Source of the DNA: Candidatus Eiseniibacteriota bacterium
GTDB lineage: Bacteria > Eisenbacteria > RBG-16-71-46 > CAIMUX01 > VGJL01
Direction: 5' to 3'
DNA: 64,000 nucleotides
NCBI GenBank assembly: GCA_963792585.1
Contig: CAWBWI010000006.1
Coordinates: 32,001 to 96,000 of the forward strand
The position numbers and the translations under genes are program-made. The notes below the pieces were generated by a model. The model was not told the DNA's origin and made no database searches. It saw nothing but the letters and a program-made list of their open reading frames with translations. Positions 51,118 through 60,627 of the stretch are shown in pieces (position 1 is the first letter of the stretch; the number at the start of each line of letters is the position of its first letter).

Positions 51118-54100
51118 CTATGGCGCTAGGTAGATCGTCCGTAGAATCTTGTAGCCAGGTGCTTCGACCCGCAAGAAGTGGTATCCAGGGGAGGCATATT
51201 GTCCCCGGTCCCAGGTCAGAACCAGGGGCGCGCCCGGCATGGCCGGGCCGTCGTGCAGCAGCGCCACCCGGCGGCCGAGCAAACCCAGAATCTCGACCCG
51301 AAGAATGTCGCCTATCGGGAAGTTCCCCGGTACATGGACGATCACGCGGCAACCGTCTGTGATCGGGTGCGGAAAGGGGCCCTCGACGCTGAAGGACCCG
51401 ACAGTCAGATCAAAGGGGGGGGACAACTGGCTCTCGTCTCCACTTGCGATCAGCGCGGAAACCGCAAGTCGGCGGAGCCCCTCGGCAGCTGCGCGCGAGA
51501 GCTCGTAGCGAGTGCTTGTGACGATATTCTCGTCCAGTGGCTGCCACGCCCTGTCGAGCCGCTGTCCGTAGATCCGGTAGCCAACCACCCGCGGATCGAC
51601 TGACGGCGACCAGTTGATCGCGAGGAAATCGCCGACCTGGGACCAAGCAGCCTCGGGTGCACCGGGTGGGGTCGGCGGCGACAAGTCGTCTTCGTTGGTG
51701 CGGAACGACACGACTGGCGAAAGCGGGGCGAGTTGGCCTGCAGCATCGCGGGTACGCACCGCTACGAACCACTGAGTGCCTGGTGGGAGCCCTTCAAGGG
51801 TCCAGCGGGCCGTCGAGTTCGACGGGCCCGGCTCGGGCCCTTGGGTCGTGGTGTCGGCTTGGCTCCATGTCTCGAGGGTGATTGTTGAGGGGGCCAATCC
51901 CACCGCATAGCCGCCAATGGGGAGCCCGCCATTCGGAGGTATCGGATTGCGCAGTTCAAGGATCGCGCTTCGTGTTCCGACCGAGACCACCGCCAGCTGC
52001 GTCACGGGGGCGGGCAGCGGGGGAGGCGGAGGTACGACGTCCTGCGTGGTCACCGCGAGTGGGTTGCTGAGCCCACCGAGATTGCCATCTTCATCGAGCG
52101 CGCGGACTCCGATCCCGTAGGTCGTCCCGCCCGCAAGGCCAGTGATAGTGCTCTCCTGCCTAATGCCTGCGGAGCTCGGAGACGCGATACTAGTCTCGGC
52201 GGGAAGGGCCTCCCGCCACTCGCTTTCCGTGGAGATGGGGCCGCCCGTGCGGTAACGCACCAGGTAGGAGGTAGCCCGTCCTTGGTTCCCATCGTCGCCG
52301 GGCGCAGTCCAGTTGAGGTCCACCGAAGTCACACGTGTGGTAACCACTGCCAGGTCGTTGATGCCCGCCGGCGCGGTGATGTCCACAGCAGGCCGGGTTC
52401 TACCGCTCGGCACGTTCGATAAGCCGCTCCAGTTGGGAACCTCGTCTGCAACCTTCAGCGCGAAGTAGTAGGTCGTCCCGGCGGTCAGGCCCGTCACGGT
52501 AAAGCTCTCGGCTTGACCCCCTGGCCTGGGTGCAGATTCCCCCGATACCTGAGTTGCCGCACCCCAGTTGCCATCGGTGATCGACGACGTCGAGTAACGG
52601 AGGTCGTACGAGGTGGCCTGCCCTGTGTTGCCATCATCACCCACTGCCGTCCACGTCAGGGGCACGGTGGTCTGGGTCGTCGTTCCCACGGCCAGGGTGG
52701 TCACGGCAGCGGGCGGCGTCGTGTCCGCAGGAGGTTGGGTCGTTCCGTTCGGCACATTGGACAAAGCACTCCAATTGGGAACCTCGTCCGCAACCTTCAG
52801 CGCGAAGTAGTAAGTCGTCCCGGCGGTCAGGCCCGTCACGGTAAAGCTCTCGGCTTGACCCGCTGGCCTGGGTGCAGATTCCCCCGATACCTGAGTTGCC
52901 GCACCCCAGTTGCCATCGGTGATCGACGACGTCGAGTAACGGAGGTCGTACGAGGTGGCCCGCCCTGAGTTGCCATCATCGCCTACTGCCGTCCACGTCA
53001 GAGGCGCCGTGGTCTGGGTGGTCGTTCCCACGGCCAGGGTGGTCACGGCAGCGGGCGGCGTCGTGTCCGGAAGAGGCTGGGTCGGTCCGCTCGGCACGTT
53101 GGATAAGCCGCTCCAGTTGGGGACTTCGTCCGCAACCTTCAGCGCGAAGTAGTAAGTCGTCCCGGCGGTCAGGCCCGTCACGGTAAAGCTCTCGGCTTGA
53201 CCCGCTGGCCTGGGTGCAGATTCCCCCGATACCTGAGTTGCCGCACCCCAGTTGCCATCGGTGATCGACGACGTCGAGTAACGGAGGTCGTACGAGGTGG
53301 CCTGACCTGAGTTGCCATCATCGCCTACTGCCGTCCACGTCAGAGGCGCCGTGGTCTGGGTGGTCGTTCCCACGGCCAGGGTGGTCACGGCAGCGGGCGG
53401 CGTCGTGTCCGGAAGAGGCTGGGTCGGTCCGCTCGGCACGTTGGATAAGCCGCTCCAGTTGGGGACTTCGTCCGCAACCTTCAGCGCGAAGTAGTACGTC
53501 GTCCCGGCCGTCAGGCCCGTCACGGTAAAGCTCTCGGCTTGACCCCCTGGCCCGGGTGCAGATTCCCCCGAAACCTGAGTTGCCGCACCCCAGTTGCCAT
53601 CGGTGATCGACGACGTCGAGTAGCGGAGGTCGTACGAGGCGGCCTGACCTGAGTTGCCATCATCGCCCACTGCAGTCCAGGTCAGGGGCACGGTGGTCTG
53701 GGTCGTCGTTCCCACCGCCAGGGTGGTCACGGCCGCGGGAGGCGTCGTGTCCGGAAGAGGCTGCGTCGGTCCGCTCGGCACGTTGGACAAAGCGCTCCAG
53801 TTGGGAACCTCGTCTGCCACCTTCAACGCGAAGTAGTACGTCGTCCCGGCCGTCAGGCCCGTCACGGTGAAACTCTCGGCCTGACCCGCGGCCTTGGGAG
53901 AGGGCTCCCCAGTGACCTGTGTGGCCGAACCCCAGTTGGTTCCCGTGATCAACGACGTCGAGTAGCGCAGATCGTACGAGGTGGCCTGACCTGAGTTGCC
54001 ATCATCGCCTACTGCCGTCCACGTCAGAGGCGCCGTGGTCTGGGTGGTCGTTCCCACGGCCAGGGTGGTCACGGCAGCGGGCGGCGTCGTGTCCGGAAGA

Positions 54101-56508
54101 GGCTGGGTCGGTCCGCTCGGCACGTTGGATAAGCCGCTCCAGTTGGGGACTTCGTCCGCAACCTTCAGCGCGAAGTAGTACGTCGTCCCGGCCGTCAGGC
54201 CCGTCACGGTGAAGCTCTCGGCTTGGCCCGCGGCTTTGGGAGAGGGCTCCCCTGTAACCTGAGTAGCCGAGCCCCAGTTGCTTCCCGTAATGAGCGAGGT
54301 CGAGTAGCGCAGGTCGTACGAGGCGGCCTGACCTGAGTTGCCATCATCACCCACTGCCGACCACGTCAGAGGCGCCGTGGTCTGGGTCGTCGTTCCTACG
54401 GCCAAAGTGGTCACGGCCGCGGGGGGCGTCGTGTCCGGAAGAGGCTGGGTCGGTCCGCTCGGCACGTTGGATAAGCCACTCCAGTTGGGGACCTCGTCTG
54501 CAACCTTCAACGCGAAGTAGTACGTCGTCCCGGCCGTCAGGCCCGTCACGGTGAAGCTCTCCGCCTGACCCGCAACTTTGGGAGTGGGCTCCCCAGTGAC
54601 CTGTGTGGCTGAACCCCAGTTGCTTCCCGTAATGAGCGAGGTCGAGTAGCGCAGATCGTACGAGGTGGCCTGACCTGAGTTGCCATCATCGCCTACTGCC
54701 GTCCACGTCAGAGGCACCGTGGCCTGCGTCGTCGTTCCCACGGCCAGGGTGGTCACGGCCGCGGGCGGGGTGGTATCCGGAAGAGGCTGGGTCGGTCCGC
54801 TCGGCACGTTGGACAAAGCGCTCCAGTTAGGGACTTCGTCCGCGACCTTCAACGCGAAGTAGTACGTGGTACCGGCGGTCAATCCCGTCACAGTGAAGCT
54901 CTCGGCTTGACCCGCGGCTCTGGGAGAGGGCTCCCCGGTGACCTGTGTAGCCGTAGCCCAGTTGCTTCCCGTGATGACCGAGGTCGAGTAGCGCAGATCG
55001 TACGAGGTGGCCTGCCCCGTATTCCCGTCATCACCCACTGCCGTCCACGTCAGAGGCACCGTGGTCTGCGTCGTCGTTCCCACGGCCAGTGTGGTCACGG
55101 CCGCGGGCGGGGTGGTGTCCGCAGGAAGCTGGGTCGTCGCGCTCGGCACGTTGGACAAAGCGCTCCAGTTGGGAACCTCGTCTGCCACCTTCAACGCGAA
55201 GTAGTACGTGGTGCCGGCGGTCAATCCCGTCACGGTGAAGCTCTCGGCCTGCCCCGCGGGCTTGGGTGCAGGTTCCCCCGAAACCCGAGTTGCCGCACCC
55301 CAGTTGCCATCGGTGATCAACGACGTCGAGTAGCGCAGATCGTACGAGGTGGCCTGCCCTGAGTTGCCATCATCACCTACGGCCGTCCACGTCAGAGGCA
55401 CCGTGGTCTGCGTCGTCGTTCCCACAGCCAGCGTCGTCACCCCCGCGGGCGGGGTGGTGTCCGGAGACCCGTCCCCAAGAATGATCAGATATCCCTGGAC
55501 GTTGAAGGCGCCGTTGGAATCGAAAACATAGAGATAGGCCGGCTGATCGATGGGAAAGGATCCTTGTCTAAAAGTGGTGGTTATACTCGAATCGCTCCAA
55601 GACGTAGTCGTAAGGACAGAGAGGTTTGTCGACGCAGTGTATGTCGAAGCATTCCCGATTTCAACACGTGCCCGTGCGCCGTCTCCACTAGCTACATATA
55701 CATCATCGAACATCGGGAAGCAGTTCGGTGTAACACGCCCATATCCATTGATGTCTACACGTTCAAAGACTCCGCCATCATCCAAGACAGTGACATTATC
55801 ACTCATAACCCTCGTAACAACGCCGGAATCAGTCAACTCCCATAGATGGACGTTTCCGTCAAGATTATACCCGCCGTTCACCCATACCCATATACGTTTC
55901 CATTCACCCTTTACCATATCGACAGTTACATAGTGAGCATAATTGCAGTCATTGCCATTGATGAATGGGTTGAGTGAGTGGTCCGCATGTTCTAGGAAGG
56001 TCGGAAGGACAATATCATCATCAGCTGTGCCAGCGCCCTGCAGCCATACAGCTTTCCAGTTAACTCCACCCGAGACGTTGTATCCAGGAAAGTCGGCACC
56101 CAGTGGGGTAAACAGCCAATATGACAGAAACACCTTTCTTGTATTGCTTGGAAGGAGAGTCTCGATCAACTCTCGCCAGTCAGTATCCATGTTTGCACGA
56201 AAGGCCAAGCTTCCACTAACCGAAGAAGAATCACTATACTTCGGTTTGTGCGATCCCTCGATGTTATCCCATTGTCCGACTTGTGCTGATCCGGCGCCGA
56301 TGGAGATGTTGTCCCCGACATCACCCTTCTCGAAGTCATCAAAGACAACGACGTGCGGACCAGTGGGACCGAAGTTGACTCCGTTGATCGTAACGCTAGC
56401 TCCATTGGCGAACCTGCCGGTCGTTGAGCTGATCGCTGGCGTTGCGGTCGCTCGCGCCCCAACAAGGAGAATCGCGGTCAGTGCGAATGCCGATGACAAG
56501 CCTCTCAT
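51118..56508 (-). CDS. Giant secreted protein: putative glycan-active N-domain, 9 near-identical + 3 divergent FN3-like modules, degenerate FlgD/T9SS-like C-terminus
   Basis: Intact ORF. The likely ATG at 56508 follows GGAGG. Signal peptide, 114-aa repeats, PFPHP...GRRV...WD...PGY tail. Confidence 0.88.
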   Translation of the reverse strand: MRGLSSAFALTAILLVGARATATPAISSTTGRFANGASVTINGVNFGPTGPHVVVFDDFEKGDVGDNISIGAGSAQVGQWDNIEGSHKPKYSDSSSVSGSLAFRANMDTDWRELIETLLPSNTRKVFLSYWLFTPLGADFPGYNVSGGVNWKAVWLQGAGTADDDIVLPTFLEHADHSLNPFINGNDCNYAHYVTVDMVKGEWKRIWVWVNGGYNLDGNVHLWELTDSGVVTRVMSDNVTVLDDGGVFERVDINGYGRVTPNCFPMFDDVYVASGDGARARVEIGNASTYTASTNLSVLTTTSWSDSSITTTFRQGSFPIDQPAYLYVFDSNGAFNVQGYLIILGDGSPDTTPPAGVTTLAVGTTTQTTVPLTWTAVGDDGNSGQATSYDLRYSTSLITDGNWGAATRVSGEPAPKPAGQAESFTVTGLTAGTTYYFALKVADEVPNWSALSNVPSATTQLPADTTPPAAVTTLAVGTTTQTTVPLTWTAVGDDGNTGQATSYDLRYSTSVITGSNWATATQVTGEPSPRAAGQAESFTVTGLTAGTTYYFALKVADEVPNWSALSNVPSGPTQPLPDTTPPAAVTTLAVGTTTQATVPLTWTAVGDDGNSGQATSYDLRYSTSLITGSNWGSATQVTGEPTPKVAGQAESFTVTGLTAGTTYYFALKVADEVPNWSGLSNVPSGPTQPLPDTTPPAAVTTLAVGTTTQTTAPLTWSAVGDDGNSGQAASYDLRYSTSLITGSNWGSATQVTGEPSPKAAGQAESFTVTGLTAGTTYYFALKVADEVPNWSGLSNVPSGPTQPLPDTTPPAAVTTLAVGTTTQTTAPLTWTAVGDDGNSGQATSYDLRYSTSLITGTNWGSATQVTGEPSPKAAGQAESFTVTGLTAGTTYYFALKVADEVPNWSALSNVPSGPTQPLPDTTPPAAVTTLAVGTTTQTTVPLTWTAVGDDGNSGQAASYDLRYSTSSITDGNWGAATQVSGESAPGPGGQAESFTVTGLTAGTTYYFALKVADEVPNWSGLSNVPSGPTQPLPDTTPPAAVTTLAVGTTTQTTAPLTWTAVGDDGNSGQATSYDLRYSTSSITDGNWGAATQVSGESAPRPAGQAESFTVTGLTAGTTYYFALKVADEVPNWSGLSNVPSGPTQPLPDTTPPAAVTTLAVGTTTQTTAPLTWTAVGDDGNSGRATSYDLRYSTSSITDGNWGAATQVSGESAPRPAGQAESFTVTGLTAGTTYYFALKVADEVPNWSALSNVPNGTTQPPADTTPPAAVTTLAVGTTTQTTVPLTWTAVGDDGNTGQATSYDLRYSTSSITDGNWGAATQVSGESAPRPGGQAESFTVTGLTAGTTYYFALKVADEVPNWSGLSNVPSGRTRPAVDITAPAGINDLAVVTTRVTSVDLNWTAPGDDGNQGRATSYLVRYRTGGPISTESEWREALPAETSIASPSSAGIRQESTITGLAGGTTYGIGVRALDEDGNLGGLSNPLAVTTQDVVPPPPPLPAPVTQLAVVSVGTRSAILELRNPIPPNGGLPIGGYAVGLAPSTITLETWSQADTTTQGPEPGPSNSTARWTLEGLPPGTQWFVAVRTRDAAGQLAPLSPVVSFRTNEDDLSPPTPPGAPEAAWSQVGDFLAINWSPSVDPRVVGYRIYGQRLDRAWQPLDENIVTSTRYELSRAAAEGLRRLAVSALIASGDESQLSPPFDLTVGSFSVEGPFPHPITDGCRVIVHVPGNFPIGDILRVEILGLLGRRVALLHDGPAMPGAPLVLTWDRGQYASPGYHFLRVEAPGYKILRTIYLAP
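52384..55461 (-). repeat. Nine tandem 342-bp intragenic repeats
   Basis: The DTTPPA codon recurs every 342 bp from 55461; 9 x 342 = 3078 ends exactly before the divergent DITAP unit. Confidence 0.95.
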
Positions 56509-56541
56509 AGCAACCTCCGAGATAGGGCCCATGGCCATCTT

Positions 56542-56557
56542 AGCAAGTATCGTGCCG
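56542..56557 (-). promoter_or_regulatory. Sigma-54 (-24/-12) promoter
   Basis: Minus strand CGGCACGATACTTGCT, near consensus, ~35 nt upstream of ATG 56508. Confidence 0.8.
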
Positions 56558-57043
56558 ATGCGGATCGTCGAATAGCTCCCGGACTGGCTGGCCGTCTACG
56601 ACGCGAGCGCGTTGGGGTTACTCTCGCGGGCCCCCTTCGTCATCGCTCAACTTGCTTATGACCCCCAATGATGACTGCAAGGCGCACGACTTCTAGGCAT
56701 CATGCGTGGCTGTCCGCCTCGGGCGACGGGCCCCCGCCCCAGCGGCCAATTCATCTTCCCCCATCAGTAGCCGGGCCAAAGTCCTCCACCCGCGGCGACG
56801 GGATTCAGTCATATAGGCTCCCGGGTGATCCTCCAAACAAGCGGGGCCGCGGATTCTCCCCAGCACTGGGTCTTCCCCTCGAATCTGCGCAGGCGGCCGC
56901 GCTACACACGTGCGACGCGTATGCGTATGCCCCGGCGGCCACCCAACTTCCCCCACCCCGGCCTGATCTTCTGATCGCCTGATCAGCGGCACCTGCGGCG
57001 GGACGTTACTCTTGCCCCTCACCTTGGATGAGGGGGGATCGGA

Positions 57044-58588
57044 GTGAACGTCTTGAAGAATCATCTGCGGGTAACCATTGAGACCTTAGTGAGTTGCGGC
57101 GTCGGTCATCGGGAGATCGCTCGAAGAACCGGAGTCGACCGCAAGACCATCCGCCGGTACGTCCGGCTGGCAAACTCCTCCAGGGTGGCCACCGGCTCCG
57201 AGCCGATCGTCTTTGAAAATCCTCCACCCCGGCCACCGGCTCCCGGCATCCTGACCACCCCGTCAGCCTGCGAGCCGCATTGGCCGTGGATCGAAGAGCA
57301 AGTCGGGCTCGGGCGCAACGCACAGAGCATCTACCAGGACCTTGTCGAGGTCCACGCGTTCGGCAACTGCTACAACTCCGTCAAACGCTTCGTGGCGAGG
57401 CTGAAGTCCCGCGACCCCGAGCGCTTCGATGTCCTGGAGTTTCTTCCGGGAGAAGAGGCGCAGGTCGACCTGGGCCTGGGCGCGCCCACCCTGCTCCGCG
57501 GCAAGTTCCGCCGGCCCTACCTCTTCGTGATGACCTTGAAGTACTCGGGCAAGAGCTTTCGCAAGGTGGCGTGGAAGATGGATCAGGAGACCTGGGCCCG
57601 TCTGCACGAGGAGGCCTGGAGGAGCTTCGGCGGGTGCCCCATCTACGTCGTCCTCGACAACCTGAAGCAGGGCGTGATCCGTCCGGACATCTACGAGCCC
57701 GAACTGAACCTGATCTACGCGGAGATGCTTCGCCACTATGGGGTGGTGGCGGATCCCTGCCGAGTTGCCGATCCCAACCGCAAAGGCTCGGTGGAGAACG
57801 CGATCCGGCACACGCAGACAACGGCGCTCAAGGGACGCAAGTTCGAGTCGATCGAAGAGCAGAACCAATGGCTGGCCCATTGGGAGGAGCGGTGGGCGGC
57901 GCCGCGCATCCACGGCCGCAAGAAGCGCCAGGTCCTCGAACTCTACCGCGAGGAACAGCCGGCATTGCGTCCCTTGCCCGCGGAAGGCTTCCGCTACTTC
58001 AAGTCCGGTACTCGGACCGTCGATGACGCGGGGCTTGTGCAGATCGAAGGGGCCTATTACGCGGCCCTGCCCGCGCGGCTTGGCAGCAAGGTGCAGATCC
58101 GCGTCTACCGGAACGAGGTGGAGATCTATGATCTGTCCGGCTCGTTGCTGCGCCGCCACGCCAAGAGCGAGCGCAAGGGGCAGTTCATCCTGGAGAACCA
58201 TGACCGGATCTTCAACCCCTCGCGTGAGAGTGCGCGTCTGCTCGAGAAAGCCACACTCATAGGGCCAAAGACGGCGGAGCTGGCCCAGACCCTGTTCGCC
58301 CGTCTGGGACGGCCCGGGCAGCGAGCGCTCTATGGGCTGACCAACTTGCCTCGCAGCTACTCGTGCGCCGAGATCGAAGCGGTCTGTGGCCGCTTCGTCA
58401 GTGCCGGATGCTACTCCTACGCCGCCATCCGCCGTGCGCTCGAACGGCAGGCGGCCATCTCCCGCGCCACCGAGGTCGAGCTGATCCAGGAGGCTCCGGA
58501 GATCCGGAGCATCTCCGAGTACCAGTCGTTCTGGGAGGACAACTCCCGTCACCAAGAGGAGGACGTCGATGCCCATGTCCCGTGTTGA
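57044..58588 (+). CDS. istA: IS21 transposase IstA
   Basis: HTH REIARRTGVDRKTIRRY; PGEEAQVD, VLDNLK, KGSVE (DDE). Confidence 0.95.
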   Translation: MNVLKNHLRVTIETLVSCGVGHREIARRTGVDRKTIRRYVRLANSSRVATGSEPIVFENPPPRPPAPGILTTPSACEPHWPWIEEQVGLGRNAQSIYQDLVEVHAFGNCYNSVKRFVARLKSRDPERFDVLEFLPGEEAQVDLGLGAPTLLRGKFRRPYLFVMTLKYSGKSFRKVAWKMDQETWARLHEEAWRSFGGCPIYVVLDNLKQGVIRPDIYEPELNLIYAEMLRHYGVVADPCRVADPNRKGSVENAIRHTQTTALKGRKFESIEEQNQWLAHWEERWAAPRIHGRKKRQVLELYREEQPALRPLPAEGFRYFKSGTRTVDDAGLVQIEGAYYAALPARLGSKVQIRVYRNEVEIYDLSGSLLRRHAKSERKGQFILENHDRIFNPSRESARLLEKATLIGPKTAELAQTLFARLGRPGQRALYGLTNLPRSYSCAEIEAVCGRFVSAGCYSYAAIRRALERQAAISRATEVELIQEAPEIRSISEYQSFWEDNSRHQEEDVDAHVPC

Positions 58589-59336
58589 ACTCGAGCAATC
58601 CCTGCGCGGCTTGCGCCTGTCGGGGATGATCCCGGCGCTCGATGCCAGAGCCTTGCAGGTCTCCAGCCACGAGGCGACGTTCCTGGATGCGTTCTCATGG
58701 CTGGTCCAGGATGAACTCGACCGGCGTCGGTCGCGCCTGCAAGACCGCCGCTACGCCCTTTCCGGGCTTCCCGAACGCAAGACGCTGGCCGACTTCGACT
58801 GGACCTACAACAGCCGCCTGCCCAAGCGCGAAGTGCTCGAGCTGGGAGCCCTGAAGTTCATCGAGAACCAGGAAGACGCGGTCCTGCTCGGACCTCCAGG
58901 AACGGGGAAGAGCCACATCGCCAAGGCCATCGCCCTCCTTGCGGTGGAGCGCGGCCACAAGGTCCTCTACCGCGCGGCGCATCAGTTGCTCGAGGACATC
59001 GCCGAGGCACGTGAACTCGGAATGATCCGGAAGTACCGCGATCAGCTGAAGAAGGCCGAACTCTTGGTCATCGACGACCTGTTCCTGCGCAAGCCTCCGG
59101 CTACCGCCGGCGACGAACTGGCCGATGTGCTGATGAGCCGGTACGAGAGCGCATCCACGATCATCACGTCGAATCGCGTGATCGAGGACTGGCCGAAGCT
59201 GCTCGGTGACGTGGTCGTCGTGACACCCCTACTGGACCGCCTGATGCACCACGGCCACCTGCTCAAGTTCGAAGGGAAGAGCTGGCGACTGAAGGAAGCG
59301 GCGACCCGGGTTGCCAAGGCTGCCGCCACGGCATAA
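58569..59336 (+). CDS. istB: IS21 helper ATPase IstB
   Basis: GPPGTGKSH, LLVIDD, IITSN, LLDRLMHH, GKSWR. Confidence 0.95.
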   Translation: MPMSRVELEQSLRGLRLSGMIPALDARALQVSSHEATFLDAFSWLVQDELDRRRSRLQDRRYALSGLPERKTLADFDWTYNSRLPKREVLELGALKFIENQEDAVLLGPPGTGKSHIAKAIALLAVERGHKVLYRAAHQLLEDIAEARELGMIRKYRDQLKKAELLVIDDLFLRKPPATAGDELADVLMSRYESASTIITSNRVIEDWPKLLGDVVVVTPLLDRLMHHGHLLKFEGKSWRLKEAATRVAKAAATA

Positions 59337-59769
59337 CATGCCCCCGTCCCGTCGCGCAGGTGGAGGAGTTTGACCCGGCCATAGGTGGGGGATTTTGAGG
59401 CGGCCACCGGGGTATGCATTCCAGCTACTGCTGGCATTTCGGCGCGAGACACCTACAGACCCAGCCTTCGGCGCTGACATTGGAGCAACTCGACGTGCCT
59501 CTCGTGCTCGCGTTTCTCGCCGACCTGGAGTCGGCGCGGGGCAACTCGGCGCGCACGCGCAACGCCAGGCTGGGGGCAATCAAGTCCTTCGCCCACTACC
59601 TCGAGTATCGTGTACCGTCCTGCCTCCAACAGATCAAGAGCCTGCTTGCCAGCCCCGCTAAGAAAACCGACGAGAAGCTGATTCCGTACCGCAAAATGGA
59701 CGAGATGCCGGCTGTACTCGATGCCCCCGCCCCAAGTACCTTCGACGTATGCACTCGGAGATCCCATAC

Positions 59770-60623
59770 CGATACTGACCTGCAACTCATCCGAAAGTGG
59801 CTGAGAGCAGGAGTTTTCGAGAACGCGGTGAGACGGGTACAAGAGATTGGAAGTCCGCAAGGAGCGCCGATTTCTCCTCTTCTGGCCAATGTCTATTTGC
59901 ACTACGTCTTTGACCTGTGGTCAGGGCACTGGCGTCGAAAGCATGCGCGAGGCGATGTGATCGTCGTGCGCTGCGCTGACGATATCGTGCTTGGCTTTCG
60001 GTACAAAGCGGATGCCCTCTGTTTCTGGTCGGATCTGCGCGAGCGATTGCGCAAGTTCTGCATGAACTTCACCCTCAGAAGACCCGACTGCTGCGCTTCG
60101 GTACTTTCGCCGACGTTCAACGAGCGGACCGAAGTGGGGGCAAGCCGGAGACGTTCGATTCCCTGGGGTTCACGCACATCTGTGCGCGGACAAGGATCGG
60201 GCGGTTCCATGTGCTTCGACTGACATCGAAGGCCCGCATGCGGGCGACTTTGCGGTCGATTCGCGAAAGGCTGATTGGCTGTCGACACCTGCCGCTGTCC
60301 GTCCAGCGTCAATGGATCCAGAATCTCGTGCGAGGGTACTTTCCCTACCACGCCGCGCCGTAGAACGGACAACGCCTCGTGGCGTTCCGGATCGAAGTGC
60401 GGCGCGCTTGGATCCACGCGTTGCGACGGGGAAGTCAACGCTCCCGCATGACGTGGTCTCGCTTTCAGGCCATCGCAGATCCCTGGATTCCACCCGTGCG
60501 CATCCTACATCCCCGGCCTACGGCGCGGTTTGACATCCGAACCCGAGGCAAGAGCCCAGGCGGTAGTTCCGCACGCTGGGATCTGTGCGGGGAGCGGTCT
60601 GCAAGGACCGTCCCTTCCGCGAC
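59770..60623 (+). mobile_element. 5'-truncated, degenerate group II intron (RT/maturase remnant plus RNA domains V-VI)
   Basis: LIRKWLRAG, GSPQGAPISPLLANVYLHY, VRCADD; frameshifted LHPQKTR and X domain; internal stop. 3' end matches D5/D6. Confidence 0.85.
60552..60623 (+). ncRNA. Group II intron domains V and VI
   Basis: GAGCCCAGGCGGTAGTTCCGCACGCTGGGATCT-GT-GCGGGGAGCGGTCTGCAAGGACCGTCCCTTCCGC-GAC; AGC triad, AC bulge and terminal AC. Confidence 0.8.
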
Positions 60624-60627
60624 CGCC

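Larger units (their letters stand above)
56930..59412 (+). mobile_element. IS21-family insertion sequence
   Basis: istA-istB. Imperfect terminal IRs CCCCGGCGGCCACCCAACTTCCCCCACC / GGTGGGGGATTTTGAGGCGGCCACCGGGG. Flanking direct repeat TATG (or GTATGC if each end is trimmed by one base). Confidence 0.93.
56865..59750 (+). pseudogene. Tyrosine recombinase N-terminal remnant (RIT-element type) interrupted by IS21
   Basis: The left flank encodes LPLE...HTCDAYAY. The right flank encodes AFQLLLAF, then PSALTLEQLD...RGNSARTRNARL.AIKSF...KKTDE. No catalytic C-terminus. Confidence 0.75.

Noticed and set aside
52384..55461. Regularly spaced 60-65 aa plus-strand ORFs as a small-gene array
   Set aside because: They are antisense echoes of the 342-bp intragenic repeat.
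59414..60223. Novel functional integrase-RT fusion protein
   Set aside because: Both halves are truncated and lack catalytic parts (no recombinase C-domain, CADD, missing RT0-3). It is better explained as a deletion junction.
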